Shown one piece after another: positions 53,177 through 63,682 of a DNA stretch of 64,000 nt (position 1 is its first letter; the number at the start of each line of letters is the position of its first letter). The stretch is from Candidatus Fermentithermobacillaceae bacterium (lineage in GTDB: Bacteria; Bacillota; Sulfobacillia; Fermentithermobacillales; DUSS01). The notes under the pieces are model-generated. The model had not been told where the DNA came from. It made no database searches and saw nothing but the letters and a program-made list of their open reading frames with translations. Location: the NCBI GenBank assembly GCA_014896535.1, contig JADBKE010000007.1:4358-68357 (forward strand), in the 5' to 3' direction. A program made the position numbers and the translations under genes.

Positions 53177-55126
53177 CTACCCCACCATCCTCAACCTGCA
53201 CCTCGCCGGATCTATCGCCGTCAGAATAGGCCTCAACATATGCGCGAAACTTACCACGGCCTGCCCCGGGGCCAGGGTAGGCAGCTTCCGCCACATAGAC
53301 GCGTCAACCCCAGCGATGACGCGGTTCAGCTCATCGATGACCCCGGTATCGGTGATCTTGTGGAGTATGAAGTTGTTTACCAGCCCCAAAATCTCCCGCG
53401 GTAAATGCTGAGGAAGCTGGCTCACGAAAACCAGCCCCAGCCATCTCTTCCTTCCGCGCCGGGCGATTCTGGCCACCTGCTGGAACACGTTGGGCATCTG
53501 CGATATCCGGTCTTTGCTCAGGAATTCGTGAGCTTCCTCGATGATAACCAGGGTTCTCCGGGGAGGTATGCTTTGCTCCGTAACGTGTCGTCCCGTGGAG
53601 CGGGGAGCACCCCGAAGTACCGCCGGGCTAGCCCCTGCTGCTGAACTACCTTCTGCCCGACTCTCCCTCTGCCCCTCCTGATACGCCTTGTCCTGCGCCT
53701 CGAGAATGCCGCGCAGGATGTCGCTGATGACAAGGTTATTCAAGATAGGAGAGTTCGTATCGGACAGGTCTATGATGCTCACCCGGCCAGGCTCGGTGAG
53801 GGCCGAGTAATCGATGGGTTCGGCCGCGGGATTGTCGAAGACTCTGGGCCGGTGGATTTTCCACAGCTTTGATAAAAGTGCCCGCCAGCTAGAAGGGTGA
53901 TCCGCTTTGACCGCGGCCACCGCCGCCATCAGCGCGTCCCGGTTTTCTCTCAGCAAAGGACTGTACGGAACGAAGGTATCCGGCGTCTTTGAAACCTGCG
54001 CGAGAAATGCCCCGGCCACGTCGGTCAACAGCGAAAGCGTCATCCCCGGATACCCCCGCTCCATTTCGTCGATTTCCATAGCGGCCGCTTCGTCTTCCGC
54101 CCCTCGCGGGAATACCCTCAAGGAAGCCAGGAGCGTTTTCAGAACATCATAGGCCTGGAAAAACCTCATTTCCTGAGGCTCGCTGAGGCCCATGATTTCG
54201 CACACTGTGTACGGGGACAGGTTCGAAAAACTGAGACAAAACTGCCGGCGGTCCGGATGCGAGGGGTTCATGGTCTCTCTTCCGACGAGGTGGTACAGGG
54301 TCGTGTTAGCCACTCCTTCGGGGGAAAGGCCTCTCGCCCTCAACGCCGCCAGCATGCCCGGGTCGGTCGCAGGGTCGCATATGGCGGTATACTCTCCCTC
54401 TACGTCCAGGATGACCACGGCCATCCCGGCCTTTTGAGCCTGCATGACCAGTGTGCCGATAGTGGTCGACTTTCCCGACCCGGTGGTTCCGAGGACAGCC
54501 GTGTGCCTCGGGAAAACGTCCTTCCGGTCGCTCGGGACCGAAACGGTCATTTCATAACCGACGCAGCGACCCAGCGCGATGTCGCCTTCGGCCTTCAAGA
54601 TCCGCCGCGCCTCATCCTCTTTCAGGAGGAACACCGGGCTGTTGGGCCTGGGCCTCCATCTCGGTGGGGTAAGATGCCCGTCGTTTTCTTCCCCGAGGAT
54701 CTCCACTTCGACGCGACCGTGATAGTTCGGGATAAATGTTGCGCCCCTCGCAGCGGTGGTCACCATCAGCGGGGTATCCCCTCTGATGCCGTCTGGCTCG
54801 GCGAAGGGTCCCGCCGTCACCACTCCCACGTACGATCTACCGTCTTCGAGGCTCTTGATCCTGACCAGGGATTGCGACGGGACGTTGCCAAGTTCTCTCT
54901 TGGGCAGGATGACGCAGACCGTGTTGTCCCGGCTTTCTTTCGTGTCAAAGAGGGTCCGGCCCACACAGCCCCTGTACGCCTCCGGCTCCTCCCAGCCCTG
55001 CTCATCTTCGAGGTCTTCGAATACCGGCGGCATCTCTCCGCCCAGCCTGGTGCTGTCGTCCAGCGCCATCGCCCTCACCTCGTTAGCAGCGTTTAGCCCG
55101 CCCGTAACCGCGTCGCCCGGACGCAA
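53177..55126 (-). CDS. HerA-like DUF87 ATPase (FtsK/HerA superfamily)
   Basis: 649 aa with an N-terminal HAS-barrel-like region, Walker A LGTTGSGKST, Walker B VVILDVEGEY and a late LVIIEEAHEF motif. Confidence 0.6.
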   Translation of the reverse strand: MRPGDAVTGGLNAANEVRAMALDDSTRLGGEMPPVFEDLEDEQGWEEPEAYRGCVGRTLFDTKESRDNTVCVILPKRELGNVPSQSLVRIKSLEDGRSYVGVVTAGPFAEPDGIRGDTPLMVTTAARGATFIPNYHGRVEVEILGEENDGHLTPPRWRPRPNSPVFLLKEDEARRILKAEGDIALGRCVGYEMTVSVPSDRKDVFPRHTAVLGTTGSGKSTTIGTLVMQAQKAGMAVVILDVEGEYTAICDPATDPGMLAALRARGLSPEGVANTTLYHLVGRETMNPSHPDRRQFCLSFSNLSPYTVCEIMGLSEPQEMRFFQAYDVLKTLLASLRVFPRGAEDEAAAMEIDEMERGYPGMTLSLLTDVAGAFLAQVSKTPDTFVPYSPLLRENRDALMAAVAAVKADHPSSWRALLSKLWKIHRPRVFDNPAAEPIDYSALTEPGRVSIIDLSDTNSPILNNLVISDILRGILEAQDKAYQEGQRESRAEGSSAAGASPAVLRGAPRSTGRHVTEQSIPPRRTLVIIEEAHEFLSKDRISQMPNVFQQVARIARRGRKRWLGLVFVSQLPQHLPREILGLVNNFILHKITDTGVIDELNRVIAGVDASMWRKLPTLAPGQAVVSFAHMLRPILTAIDPARCRLRMVG

Positions 55127-55227
55127 AATGTGGTAAGCGGTACAATCGTTACCCCATCACCAATCCCGAGTTAGCTTGTAACCGGTGTGCCGGCTGTTTG
55201 GACCGGCCACCTTTTAACCCGCCTCTT

Positions 55228-56670
55228 TCAATCCGGCCACGTCATCTCCCCCGCATCGAGATAGGCCATCCTGATGGAATCCAGGAGCACCTCCGAGGCG
55301 AAAGTGGTCCTGCATATGTTGGCCGCCAGGTCGAGCAGAGTCGGGAATCCTTTGTGCTCCTGCAGGGATGAGTCGGCCATAGCGATGAGCGCAGCTTCAT
55401 GAGGGTGTGACGCGGGCGCGTAAAACACCCTGGACCTCGAGTACCGTGAAACCCTGTAAACGCCTATGACGATGGCCGGACCCACCTGAGCTGCGAAATC
55501 TTCCAACAACGCCCTTTGCTTGCGCGGATATCTCCTGCTCCGGAGGATGCGCTCTATCTGTCCCTCCGCGGTGTCCACGATGGCGTATTCCATGGGCGCG
55601 AGCGCGTCACCGATGGTGTTGAGAAAGCGCATTCCGCCCCCGGAAGGCACGAAGACGAATTTTTTGTGGTCGAGGCACAAGCGTAACAGGTATTCCAGTG
55701 ACCGCTCGAAAAACTCCGGGCTGCCGCAGCCGGTCAAAAGCTCCACCGGGATCACGGGGCCGTGACCCATCCGCCACTCCGCCCTGGAGCGATCCACGAG
55801 TATGGCCCTTTCGGCGAAAGCCATGATCCCCCTCCTGGCCAGGTCGGAGAGCCCGCGTTGCACGGCATCCGATTCCCCGGAAAACCTGCGTTCGAGAAGG
55901 GTCATGGCTTCTTGCACCGCGTCTGCAGGCCTGAACCTCAAGTCGCGCCGGAAGAGCCGGTGCACCCAACTGCCCTGGTCCCCCCTGTACGAAACGAGAC
56001 ACACCCCTACTTCCACGACATCCAGAGATAGCCCCTCATGGGCGACGGTGATGCCGTCGCACGCCTCCACCCTGCCGGGAAACAGGACCTTTTTGTGACA
56101 CATCTCCAGCCGGTCTAGCGGAACTTTATACACTCCGGCGCTGGCGGGTGCGCCCGGCCTTTCGGCGAGCCTGGGGAAGACGAGTTCTCGGACCTGACGT
56201 CTCGTCCTGCGCTCCTGCTCTACCGCATCGCGAACTTCCTTCTCCAGTCTTTCGTAGAGCGCCCCGAGGTCGAACCCGGTGGACCACGTGTCCAGGTTCA
56301 GGGTGGCGTTCATATCCTCACCGAACGCCTCCGCGTAAGCTTCGGCCGTCACCGCTCCAAGGGGCACGTCCGCGCCTGCAAGGGTCAAATCCCCCGGTCC
56401 AACCGCTTCTACCTCTACGGGTTCTGCGGGTTCTACGGCTTCTACGTGGACGATTTCGCCGTCGAGAACACCCGCGCTCGAAACCGCGAAGTCGCGAGCC
56501 GGGACATCCAAATCGCCGGACTTTCGCGGAGTCCCGTGACTTGCGCGCTCAAATCTCCCAGCCCCGGCCACATCTCCCGGCTGGCCGAGTTCATCCTTCT
56601 GCTCCGTCACATTCATACCCCCCGATCCTCGCTCGCCCATGTCGATCGCACCTGCACCGTAAGCCCTCAA
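55228..56670 (-). CDS. NurA-like nuclease partner of HerA (tentative)
   Basis: 480-aa ORF immediately upstream of HerA on the same strand, the usual nurA-herA arrangement. The acidic N-terminal low-complexity region and an EACDGIT motif only loosely match NurA. Confidence 0.35.
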   Translation of the reverse strand: MRAYGAGAIDMGERGSGGMNVTEQKDELGQPGDVAGAGRFERASHGTPRKSGDLDVPARDFAVSSAGVLDGEIVHVEAVEPAEPVEVEAVGPGDLTLAGADVPLGAVTAEAYAEAFGEDMNATLNLDTWSTGFDLGALYERLEKEVRDAVEQERRTRRQVRELVFPRLAERPGAPASAGVYKVPLDRLEMCHKKVLFPGRVEACDGITVAHEGLSLDVVEVGVCLVSYRGDQGSWVHRLFRRDLRFRPADAVQEAMTLLERRFSGESDAVQRGLSDLARRGIMAFAERAILVDRSRAEWRMGHGPVIPVELLTGCGSPEFFERSLEYLLRLCLDHKKFVFVPSGGGMRFLNTIGDALAPMEYAIVDTAEGQIERILRSRRYPRKQRALLEDFAAQVGPAIVIGVYRVSRYSRSRVFYAPASHPHEAALIAMADSSLQEHKGFPTLLDLAANICRTTFASEVLLDSIRMAYLDAGEMTWPD

Positions 56671-56752
56671 GACGCCGGGCTTCCCACCCAGCCGTCTCCG
56701 CTCACTCGCGGCGACTTAACCAGAAGCGCGATCAGGCTGCCCCGGCTATGTA

Positions 56753-56936
56753 ACTCTGTGACTCTATGACTCTATGACTCTGTGACTCTGTGACTCTGTG
56801 ACTCTGTGACTCTGTGACTCTGTGATTCTGTGATTCTGTGATTCTGTGATTCTGTGATCCTGTGATTCTGTGACTCTGTGATTCTGTGACTCTGTGACTC
56901 CGTAACTCTGTGACCCCGCAACTTTGTAACTTTGTA
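56753..56936. repeat. 8-bp tandem repeat (GACTCTGT/GATTCTGT)n, ~23 units
   Basis: Direct reading of 56753-56936. Lies in the gap between the ImmA-like gene end (56940) and the NurA-like gene start (56670). Confidence 0.9.
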
Positions 56937-56939
56937 TCC

Positions 56940-57863
56940 TCATAGCTCCCCTACCTTCGCAGAACCCGGGCCTTCCAGCCATTCCCTGAAAAGTCCGCGA
57001 GAACCGGCCGGTCGTACTTTGGTTTTCAGGTAGCCCGCGTACCACCGCGCCACACCCGCCGGCAATCCGTACTTGCTCACCAGAATGCTGGCGATCTCGG
57101 CGCATGAAGTGCGTACGGAAAACACAGCCGAAACTGTTTTTCCATTCGACCGGTAAAGCACTCCTCTCCCTTCGAGCATTTCTCCCTCTTCGCCCTGCAT
57201 GCTATCGGCAACCGCCCCAAACACCTCTCCAAGCACTCGCCGGGCCGGCGCCAGGAGTTCTAAGGCCAGCATATCCGCCCTGTTTTCCGAGGATAAGCGA
57301 CGTTCACGAGGCGTGGCCTTAACGTACGTGCCCAGGGGAATTCCGCACAAGAGGGCGTCCACACGCTCCTCAACATCGGGTACTCGCTCGCCGTCGAGCA
57401 CGGGGCGTATCCTCTCCCCCATCTTCGACAACGCCCGCTCACGAGGGATGAGGTAATCCGCGAGAAAGTGGGAAACTTCGTGGGCGATGGTAAACGAGGC
57501 TTCGTCCGCGGGTAGACCCTTCTCAAGAAAGATTATGCCTGCACCTTTTGACGCCACAAGACAGCCGTAAAGAGGAGAAAAGACGTATTGCTCGAGCTCT
57601 TCCGCGCGCCCGCTCGAAGGAAAGTAGGCGGCCACCGCGGAGCCGGTCAAGCCCGAAATCCACACCACACCCACGGGCAACGTCCAGATGCACGCGCTGA
57701 AGATGTCTCTCGGGAAGGTCTCAGGGAGTCCGGAAAGACGCCAGAAAGCTTCGGCTATCTCTTCGTACGTCTGACCGAGCTCATGCCATTTGAAGCTCTC
57801 CATCAGGGTGCCTCCCGGCAGGTGGTTATACCTTCGGCGTTGGCAAACTTCTCGGGGTTCCAC
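56940..57863 (-). CDS. ImmA/IrrE family metallo-endopeptidase
   Basis: HExxH motif in context FTIAHEVSHFLADY, about 300 aa. An HTH gene lies immediately upstream. Confidence 0.55.
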   Translation of the reverse strand: MEPREVCQRRRYNHLPGGTLMESFKWHELGQTYEEIAEAFWRLSGLPETFPRDIFSACIWTLPVGVVWISGLTGSAVAAYFPSSGRAEELEQYVFSPLYGCLVASKGAGIIFLEKGLPADEASFTIAHEVSHFLADYLIPRERALSKMGERIRPVLDGERVPDVEERVDALLCGIPLGTYVKATPRERRLSSENRADMLALELLAPARRVLGEVFGAVADSMQGEEGEMLEGRGVLYRSNGKTVSAVFSVRTSCAEIASILVSKYGLPAGVARWYAGYLKTKVRPAGSRGLFREWLEGPGSAKVGEL

Positions 57864-57873
57864 CGTTTACGAC

Positions 57874-58299
57874 TCAATCGGTTCGTTTGTCGGGTTTCTC
57901 GCCGGTTTGCTCTTCTGTGGGGTTGGTTTGCATCGCAGGTGCCCTCGCCGCCACGACCCCACCAGCAGCCACTCTATCCCAGTACGCCACCACATTGAGC
58001 AAGTTCGCCAGGGCGGTCTCACGGGCACCCGTGTACAGAGCGCAATCGCGGACATCTCTTTTGAACTCCGGCGTTCCGACCTCCGGCCGCCCGCACAACG
58101 CCAAGCGGAGAAAGTTAACACCCGAGCACCCGAGATACTCTTCGAGTTCTTCCTGCGTAATACGCTGGATATCCATGTACCGTCCGAGCGCGTAGGCCAT
58201 GAAAGACGATTGCCGTCGGGCTTTTTCCGCGAGAGCTTTCATGAGATTTATGGTCCCCTCCGAGGGACTATCCATCGGAGCTCCCCTTCCATTTCGCAT
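57874..58299 (-). CDS. HTH (XRE-like) regulator partner of ImmA-like protease (tentative)
   Basis: LGRYMDIQRITQEELEEYLGCSGVNFLRLALCGRP resembles an XRE helix-turn-helix. Confidence 0.4.
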   Translation of the reverse strand: MRNGRGAPMDSPSEGTINLMKALAEKARRQSSFMAYALGRYMDIQRITQEELEEYLGCSGVNFLRLALCGRPEVGTPEFKRDVRDCALYTGARETALANLLNVVAYWDRVAAGGVVAARAPAMQTNPTEEQTGEKPDKRTD

Positions 58300-58996
58300 A
58301 TATCCGGACGAGTTTTCGCTTGAGCAGCGTTTTCCTCCGCTTCACTTCTCTGCGCATACCCGCGGGATCAGCACGCTCTATATGCCATATTCTCGCATAT
58401 TCTGCGTACGATTTGATGCCCGCCAGCATCAGCCTTATTGCAGTCTGGTCATCTGCAGAGAAGTTCCGTCTGATCTCGTCCCAGAGCTCCGTGTCCGCTC
58501 CTTCGTAAAGATCTTTCCGAGGATTCGTGTCAAATTCACCATGGCGGTCCAGAATCTCTTTCCGGCCTCGATTGTTCCTCTTTTCAAGGAGGTTGAGGAG
58601 GTCCCCGTTCGCCGACATGACCAAGTACGAAGGCAAACTCCTCTTGGAAGGGTCAAACCGCTCGGGATGCAGCAGGTAATTCATCAGCGCCTCCGTCGTG
58701 GCATCCGTCAGGAGTTCGTCGTCCACTCCCGGCTTGAGGCTCTTCAACACGCGCTTTACGTATTCCATGTATCGCTCCGCTACCGAGGCCCAGGCAACTT
58801 TATCCCCGGCGAGGACGGCCTGGTGGAGCACAAGCCAGTCGTCCATGCCGGGTTGCGCAAGGATGTCGCCGGAGCCGGTTTCGCCGCTTAAAATTCCCGC
58901 CGCCGGTCCATCGCTGTTGGACTGTTCGTCTTGCCCTTGCCCTTGAAATCCATTTCCGAAACGGTCTTCCGCCATGAGAGGGTCCCGGCCTTTCAA
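58268..58996 (-). CDS. sigma-70 family (ECF-like) RNA polymerase sigma factor (tentative)
   Basis: Region-2-like pattern AGDKVAWASVAERYMEYVKRV...TDATTEALMNYLLHPERFDPSKRSLPSYLVMSANGDLLNLLEKR and a region-4-like C-terminus. Confidence 0.45.
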   Translation of the reverse strand: MKGRDPLMAEDRFGNGFQGQGQDEQSNSDGPAAGILSGETGSGDILAQPGMDDWLVLHQAVLAGDKVAWASVAERYMEYVKRVLKSLKPGVDDELLTDATTEALMNYLLHPERFDPSKRSLPSYLVMSANGDLLNLLEKRNNRGRKEILDRHGEFDTNPRKDLYEGADTELWDEIRRNFSADDQTAIRLMLAGIKSYAEYARIWHIERADPAGMRREVKRRKTLLKRKLVRIYAKWKGSSDG

Positions 58997-59326
58997 CCAA
59001 TCCTGGTCCCTTTTTCAAACTCCCTCGAATGGGCACCGTAGCCTCGGCCGACGAGACTTCGAACTTGCTTCGTTCCTCTTTCGCCACAGCAGTCAAGACT
59101 GGCTCCAACGATCAAACGCGGTTAAAGGCACGCAAAGGCCACGTTAGGAGCCGAAGTTGACTGCCAGGTCCCAGCCTTCCTGGTAACAGAGGATATATTC
59201 GCTAGAAAAGCGCTTGTTCCTGCACGGTTGGTCGTTCCTGCCACACCCTGAGGGACTTGCTCCTGGAACTTCCAACGCCGAGTTGCCACGCCGACGAATC
59301 GCCGCCTTGAAGACCCGGGGACCATC

Positions 59327-60355
59327 TCACGCCTTCGGCGTTTTCCTGGACAGCTCCGCCATCTTGCCGAGAAATCTCAATACGGCCCTGAGAATCGCAG
59401 CTCCAGGAACCGCCAGAAAGAAGCCCCAAAACCCGAAGTAGTGGCCGCCGATGAGAAGGGCCGCGATGACCGCCAGAGGGTGAAGACCCACCCGCTTCCC
59501 GGTCACCCTCGGCACGATGAGCGCAGAATCGATTTGCTGAATGATGAGTACCGCGATGAGAGTTTTTAGCCCGGTGACAGGTGATTTTGTGAGCCCGACG
59601 ACGATCATCGGGATGGCGGCTGCGATGGGTCCGAAATACGGTATGAACTCGCCAAGTCCGGCGATGACTCCCAGGATTGCTCCGTAGTGAAGGTCCAGGA
59701 TGGCGGCGGCCACCCACACCATCACCGCGACCGCAACAGCCACGACCGCCTGTCCCCGCACAAAACCACCCAGCACCATATCGGTTTCGTGGAAAAGCTC
59801 GAGGTACGGGTCGGGAAGTCTCGACAACCGGACGAGGACGGCTTTTCTCCACGAGTTGATGTCTTTGAGGATGTAGTATCCGACGACCGGCGCCAGGAGT
59901 ATCTTGGTTACCGCCTCGGCGGACGCCGCCACGTTGCGCAGGATGTTCCCGGCAAAAGCCTCTGCGCCAGCCCAAAGCTCGTCCAGACTCTGCAGAAACG
60001 ACTGCTCGACCCCCTGCGGGATGCCGTACCTCCGGCAAATCTCTCGCAAACGCCCGCGAAGCCCGGTAAGCATATCGCTGTACCGGGGAACGGCGGATGC
60101 CAGCTCCTGCACGTCTCGCAAGAAGTTGGGCACGAAGTAGGCTGCCATAAGTCCCATTACAATCGCGATGGCCAGGTAGGTGAGTACGATCGCCTGAGTC
60201 CGCTTCATCCTGCGGGACAGGTAACTCACCGCGGGCTCGAGGACGTAACTCAAAAAGCCACCGAGCAAGAACGGCAATATCACAGGCCTCGCGAGGAACG
60301 CCAGAAGGAAAACGCCGGCCAAGGCGAGGACTATTCGGAAAACTTTCTTTGCCAT
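59327..60355 (-). CDS. AI-2E family transporter (PerM/UPF0118)
   Basis: 342 aa with 8 TM segments and a family-typical N-terminus and spacing. The overlapping 404-aa ORF in another frame was rejected. Confidence 0.8.
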   Translation of the reverse strand: MAKKVFRIVLALAGVFLLAFLARPVILPFLLGGFLSYVLEPAVSYLSRRMKRTQAIVLTYLAIAIVMGLMAAYFVPNFLRDVQELASAVPRYSDMLTGLRGRLREICRRYGIPQGVEQSFLQSLDELWAGAEAFAGNILRNVAASAEAVTKILLAPVVGYYILKDINSWRKAVLVRLSRLPDPYLELFHETDMVLGGFVRGQAVVAVAVAVMVWVAAAILDLHYGAILGVIAGLGEFIPYFGPIAAAIPMIVVGLTKSPVTGLKTLIAVLIIQQIDSALIVPRVTGKRVGLHPLAVIAALLIGGHYFGFWGFFLAVPGAAILRAVLRFLGKMAELSRKTPKA

Positions 60356-61028
60356 TGCTTTCTGGTCGCCTTCCGCCCCGCTCGCCGTCAGCCGGTCGGA
60401 AGACGATCAACCTCACAAACTCCGGTTCCGGAGCGGTGCGTCACTGCCGGGCGCACTTTGCCACTCTTCCCACGGTAGTGGCCGCACGCCTGAACGTTTC
60501 CCTGGCCTCTCTGGCTCTTCTGGCCACCATGGTTTTGGCTTTCTGCATGGTGGACGGCTTCGGCCTCGCCATCGACCGGAAGAACAGCGCCACCCCGGTG
60601 GCCAGCCCGATAGAAGCACCGATCAAGATGCCGTTCCAGAACGTCTTCCTGGTCACTGCGATTCCCCCTCCGGGTCCAGTCCTAAACTACGAGTTCGTCC
60701 CTTTTTGAAGGCCATGAACTGCGTTGTCGCGGATAGAACTCAGTTCCGTCTCGTTGGGCGATTTCACCGACTCAAGGATGGCCGCGCCTTCGGGATCGAT
60801 GGAATAGATTCGCACAAAACTGCCTTGTACGTGGAATTCAACGTTGCAGTCCCAACAGTAAAACTGGTCCTGGCCGATCCGCCCGGTGGACCGGCTTCCG
60901 CACTTAGGACACCTCAATACGACCGACCTCCGAAGAGGATCCTTCCCGAAATAAGGAGGAATCATAAGTCGCGCCATGCTCTCGCAGTGACGGCTCGAGC
61001 GCCGGGCCCGGACCCGGACCCGGAGCTC

Positions 61029-62417
61029 CTACGGTGTCGAAGTTCTTTTCACCCTTGACCGGAGCTCGTCCAACCTTTCCCTCAAAGTCTTCTCAAAACC
61101 TTGCGGGTCGGGCTCGTAATACCTGGTGCCTTCCAGCTCTTGAGGAAGATATTGCTGGGGTACGTAATGACCGGGGAACTCGTGGGGGTACAGGTAGCCC
61201 ACTCCGTGACCGAGCTTTTCCGCGCCGTAATATCCGGTTCCCCTCAAGTGGGGTGGCACCGGGTACGCGGGCTTTTCCTCCACGTCTTTCATGGCTTTGT
61301 CTATCGCAAGATACGAGGCGTTGGACTTGGGAGCGCACGCCAGGTACAGCGTAGCCTGGGCCAGCGGTATCCGCGCCTCGGGCATTCCCACGTGTTCCAC
61401 GGTGCGAAGCGCAGCCTCTGCGAGCACAAGGGCCATGGGGTCGGCGTTCCCGATGTCTTCAGCTGCTGCGATAACGAGCCTCCGGGCTATGAACCTGGGA
61501 TCCTCGCCGCCCTTGAGCATCCGTGCAAGCCAGTATACGGCAGCATCGGGGTCAGACCCCCTTATGCTCTTGATGTAGGCCGATATGATGTCGTAGTGCT
61601 GATCGCCGGCGCGGTCGTACAGCAGCGGCGCTGTTTGAGTCACGTCCTCGGCGATCTTCAGGGTTATCTTGATTTTCCCCGTAGGGTCCTTTTCCCCCGC
61701 GTTCACCAACGCCTCCAACGTATTCAGGGCGATTCGGGCGTCCCCCTTGGCGAACCGGATGATGTGCTCGATAACCCCGTCCTCGATTTCCAGCGCCAGG
61801 CGTCCATAGCCCCTTTCCTCGTCGGCGATGGCCCGTCTCAGTATGGCTTCGATGTCCCGGTCCTTGAGGGGCTGAAAACGGAATATCCTCGAGCGCGATA
61901 TGAGCGCGGGATTTACGGCGAAAAACGGGTTCTCCGTGGTAGCCCCTATCAATATGAAGGTTCCCTTCTCCACGTGAGGTAAAAGGACGTCCTGCTGGGC
62001 TTTATTGAAACGGTGAATCTCGTCGATAAACAGGATCGTCCGCTTCCCTCTGGACTTCCACAGGGCGGCCTCCTCGGTGGCCTTGCGGATGTCGGCCACC
62101 CCCGCAGTCACCGCAGACAGCTCGACGAACCTGCTCCGGGTCATGCTGGCAATGAGCCTCCCCAGCGCAGTCTTGCCGGTGCCCGGCGGGCCCCAGAAGA
62201 TCATCGAACCAATCCTGTCCTCCTCTATAGCCCTCCGGAGCGCCCTGCCCTCCCCGACCAATTCCTCCTGGCCGAAGAATTCCGAAAAATCCCTGGGCGC
62301 CATGCGGGCTGCGAGGGGTTGGCCGGTCTTCTCACCGGGGGCTCGAAACGCAGCATCACCCCGCTCCGGCCTTTCATCGGGCCACAGCCCTTGCTGCCGG
62401 CTGCGTTCGTCTTCCAA
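61029..62417 (-). CDS. rarA: replication-associated recombination protein A (RarA/MgsA AAA+ ATPase)
   Basis: FVGQEELVG, Walker A GPPGTGKT, ILFIDEIHRFNK, and the C-terminal MgsA helical lid and tetramerisation region. Confidence 0.85.
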   Translation of the reverse strand: MEDERSRQQGLWPDERPERGDAAFRAPGEKTGQPLAARMAPRDFSEFFGQEELVGEGRALRRAIEEDRIGSMIFWGPPGTGKTALGRLIASMTRSRFVELSAVTAGVADIRKATEEAALWKSRGKRTILFIDEIHRFNKAQQDVLLPHVEKGTFILIGATTENPFFAVNPALISRSRIFRFQPLKDRDIEAILRRAIADEERGYGRLALEIEDGVIEHIIRFAKGDARIALNTLEALVNAGEKDPTGKIKITLKIAEDVTQTAPLLYDRAGDQHYDIISAYIKSIRGSDPDAAVYWLARMLKGGEDPRFIARRLVIAAAEDIGNADPMALVLAEAALRTVEHVGMPEARIPLAQATLYLACAPKSNASYLAIDKAMKDVEEKPAYPVPPHLRGTGYYGAEKLGHGVGYLYPHEFPGHYVPQQYLPQELEGTRYYEPDPQGFEKTLRERLDELRSRVKRTSTP

Positions 62418-62439
62418 AGGTCTAAGACCTCCCCGTGGT

Positions 62440-63561
62440 TTAACCGCTCTTCTTCGCGGTCGCCCGCAACTCGGCCGCGACCTCGGCGATGATGCGGGCA
62501 GCTTCCTCCACGTCCTCGCGGCTTATCTCCCGGTGGGTTACCAGCCTCACCCTGTAAGGAAGATCCGCGTTGCAGAGGACTCCCCGCTTCTTGAGGGCCG
62601 CGGCGAAATCCGGGCCGTCCACTCCGAGACCCCGAGTCCCCACGACCACCATGTTTGTCTGCACGGTTTTCATGTCGATGTAAAGACCCGGCACCTGGCA
62701 CAACCTTTCCGCAAGGACTCGTGCGTTTTCGTGATCCTCCTTTAGCCTGTCCACCATTTTCGTGAGGGCAACTATCCCCGCCGCCGCGAGAATCCCCGCC
62801 TGACGCATCCCACCGCCCAGGAGTTTCCGAGCCTTCCTGGCCCGCTCTATGAACTCCTTGCTTCCCGCGACAAGTGAACCGACGGGTGCAGAAAGCCCTT
62901 TAGACAGGCAGAACTGAACCGAATCGCAGTATCTGGTAATCTCCTTGACGTCCACCCCCAGGGCCACGGCGGCGTTGAAGACCCGGGCACCGTCGAGGTG
63001 CACCTTCACTCCATGCCGGGAAGCTATCTCGTAGATGGCCTTCATATTTTCTATGGGGATGACGCATCCACCCGAACGATTGTGGGTGTTTTCCAAGCAT
63101 ATCAGCGACGTCCTGGGAAAGTGGATGTTGGGCTTGCGGATGGCCTCTTCCACTTCGGCTGGGTCCATGACACCGTAGATTCCTTTGATGGTCCTGATCT
63201 GGACTCCGGATATTACGGCGGGCGCTCCTACCTCGTAAGTGCATATGTGGGCCATGGATTCCACGATGATTTCATCGCCTCGCTGCGTGTGGCACATTAT
63301 GCAGACCTGGTTACCCATGGTGCCCGAAGGCACAAACAAAGCCGCTTCGAAACCCACCATAGCGGCGCCCAGCTCTTCCAGGCGGTTGACGGTGGGGTCC
63401 TCTCCGTAGACGTCGTCACCGACTTCCGCCCGGAACATGGCCTCTCTCATTTCGGGGGTAGGTTTTGTGACGGTATCGGAGCGCAAATCGATGATTTTAC
63501 TGGGTTTTTCCAAAGCCTGTCCCAAGTTCATCCATCTCCTCATCGACCATTTCGAAAGCAT
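62440..63561 (-). CDS. ltaE: low-specificity L-threonine aldolase
   Basis: [21 protein letters not shown]-terminus and a PLP fold. Likely start is the internal Met near 63531. Confidence 0.8.
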   Translation of the reverse strand: MLSKWSMRRWMNLGQALEKPSKIIDLRSDTVTKPTPEMREAMFRAEVGDDVYGEDPTVNRLEELGAAMVGFEAALFVPSGTMGNQVCIMCHTQRGDEIIVESMAHICTYEVGAPAVISGVQIRTIKGIYGVMDPAEVEEAIRKPNIHFPRTSLICLENTHNRSGGCVIPIENMKAIYEIASRHGVKVHLDGARVFNAAVALGVDVKEITRYCDSVQFCLSKGLSAPVGSLVAGSKEFIERARKARKLLGGGMRQAGILAAAGIVALTKMVDRLKEDHENARVLAERLCQVPGLYIDMKTVQTNMVVVGTRGLGVDGPDFAAALKKRGVLCNADLPYRVRLVTHREISREDVEEAARIIAEVAAELRATAKKSG

Positions 63562-63682
63562 CCATTCCTCTGAAACCCGCAGCGTCGGGGCCGGGGCGGC
63601 CGGGCAAAGGTGCCACCGCCGGGACGCTGACGGCCTGGCCCCGGCGGCAGACCGTCCGGCCGCCGGCGTTTAATCCGGATGC

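Noticed and set aside
59202-60416. 404-aa ORF overlapping the AI-2E transporter gene on the same strand in another frame
   Set aside because: Arg/Gly/Pro-rich low-complexity translation typical of an alternative frame in GC-rich DNA. The 342-aa frame gives a coherent multi-TM transporter.
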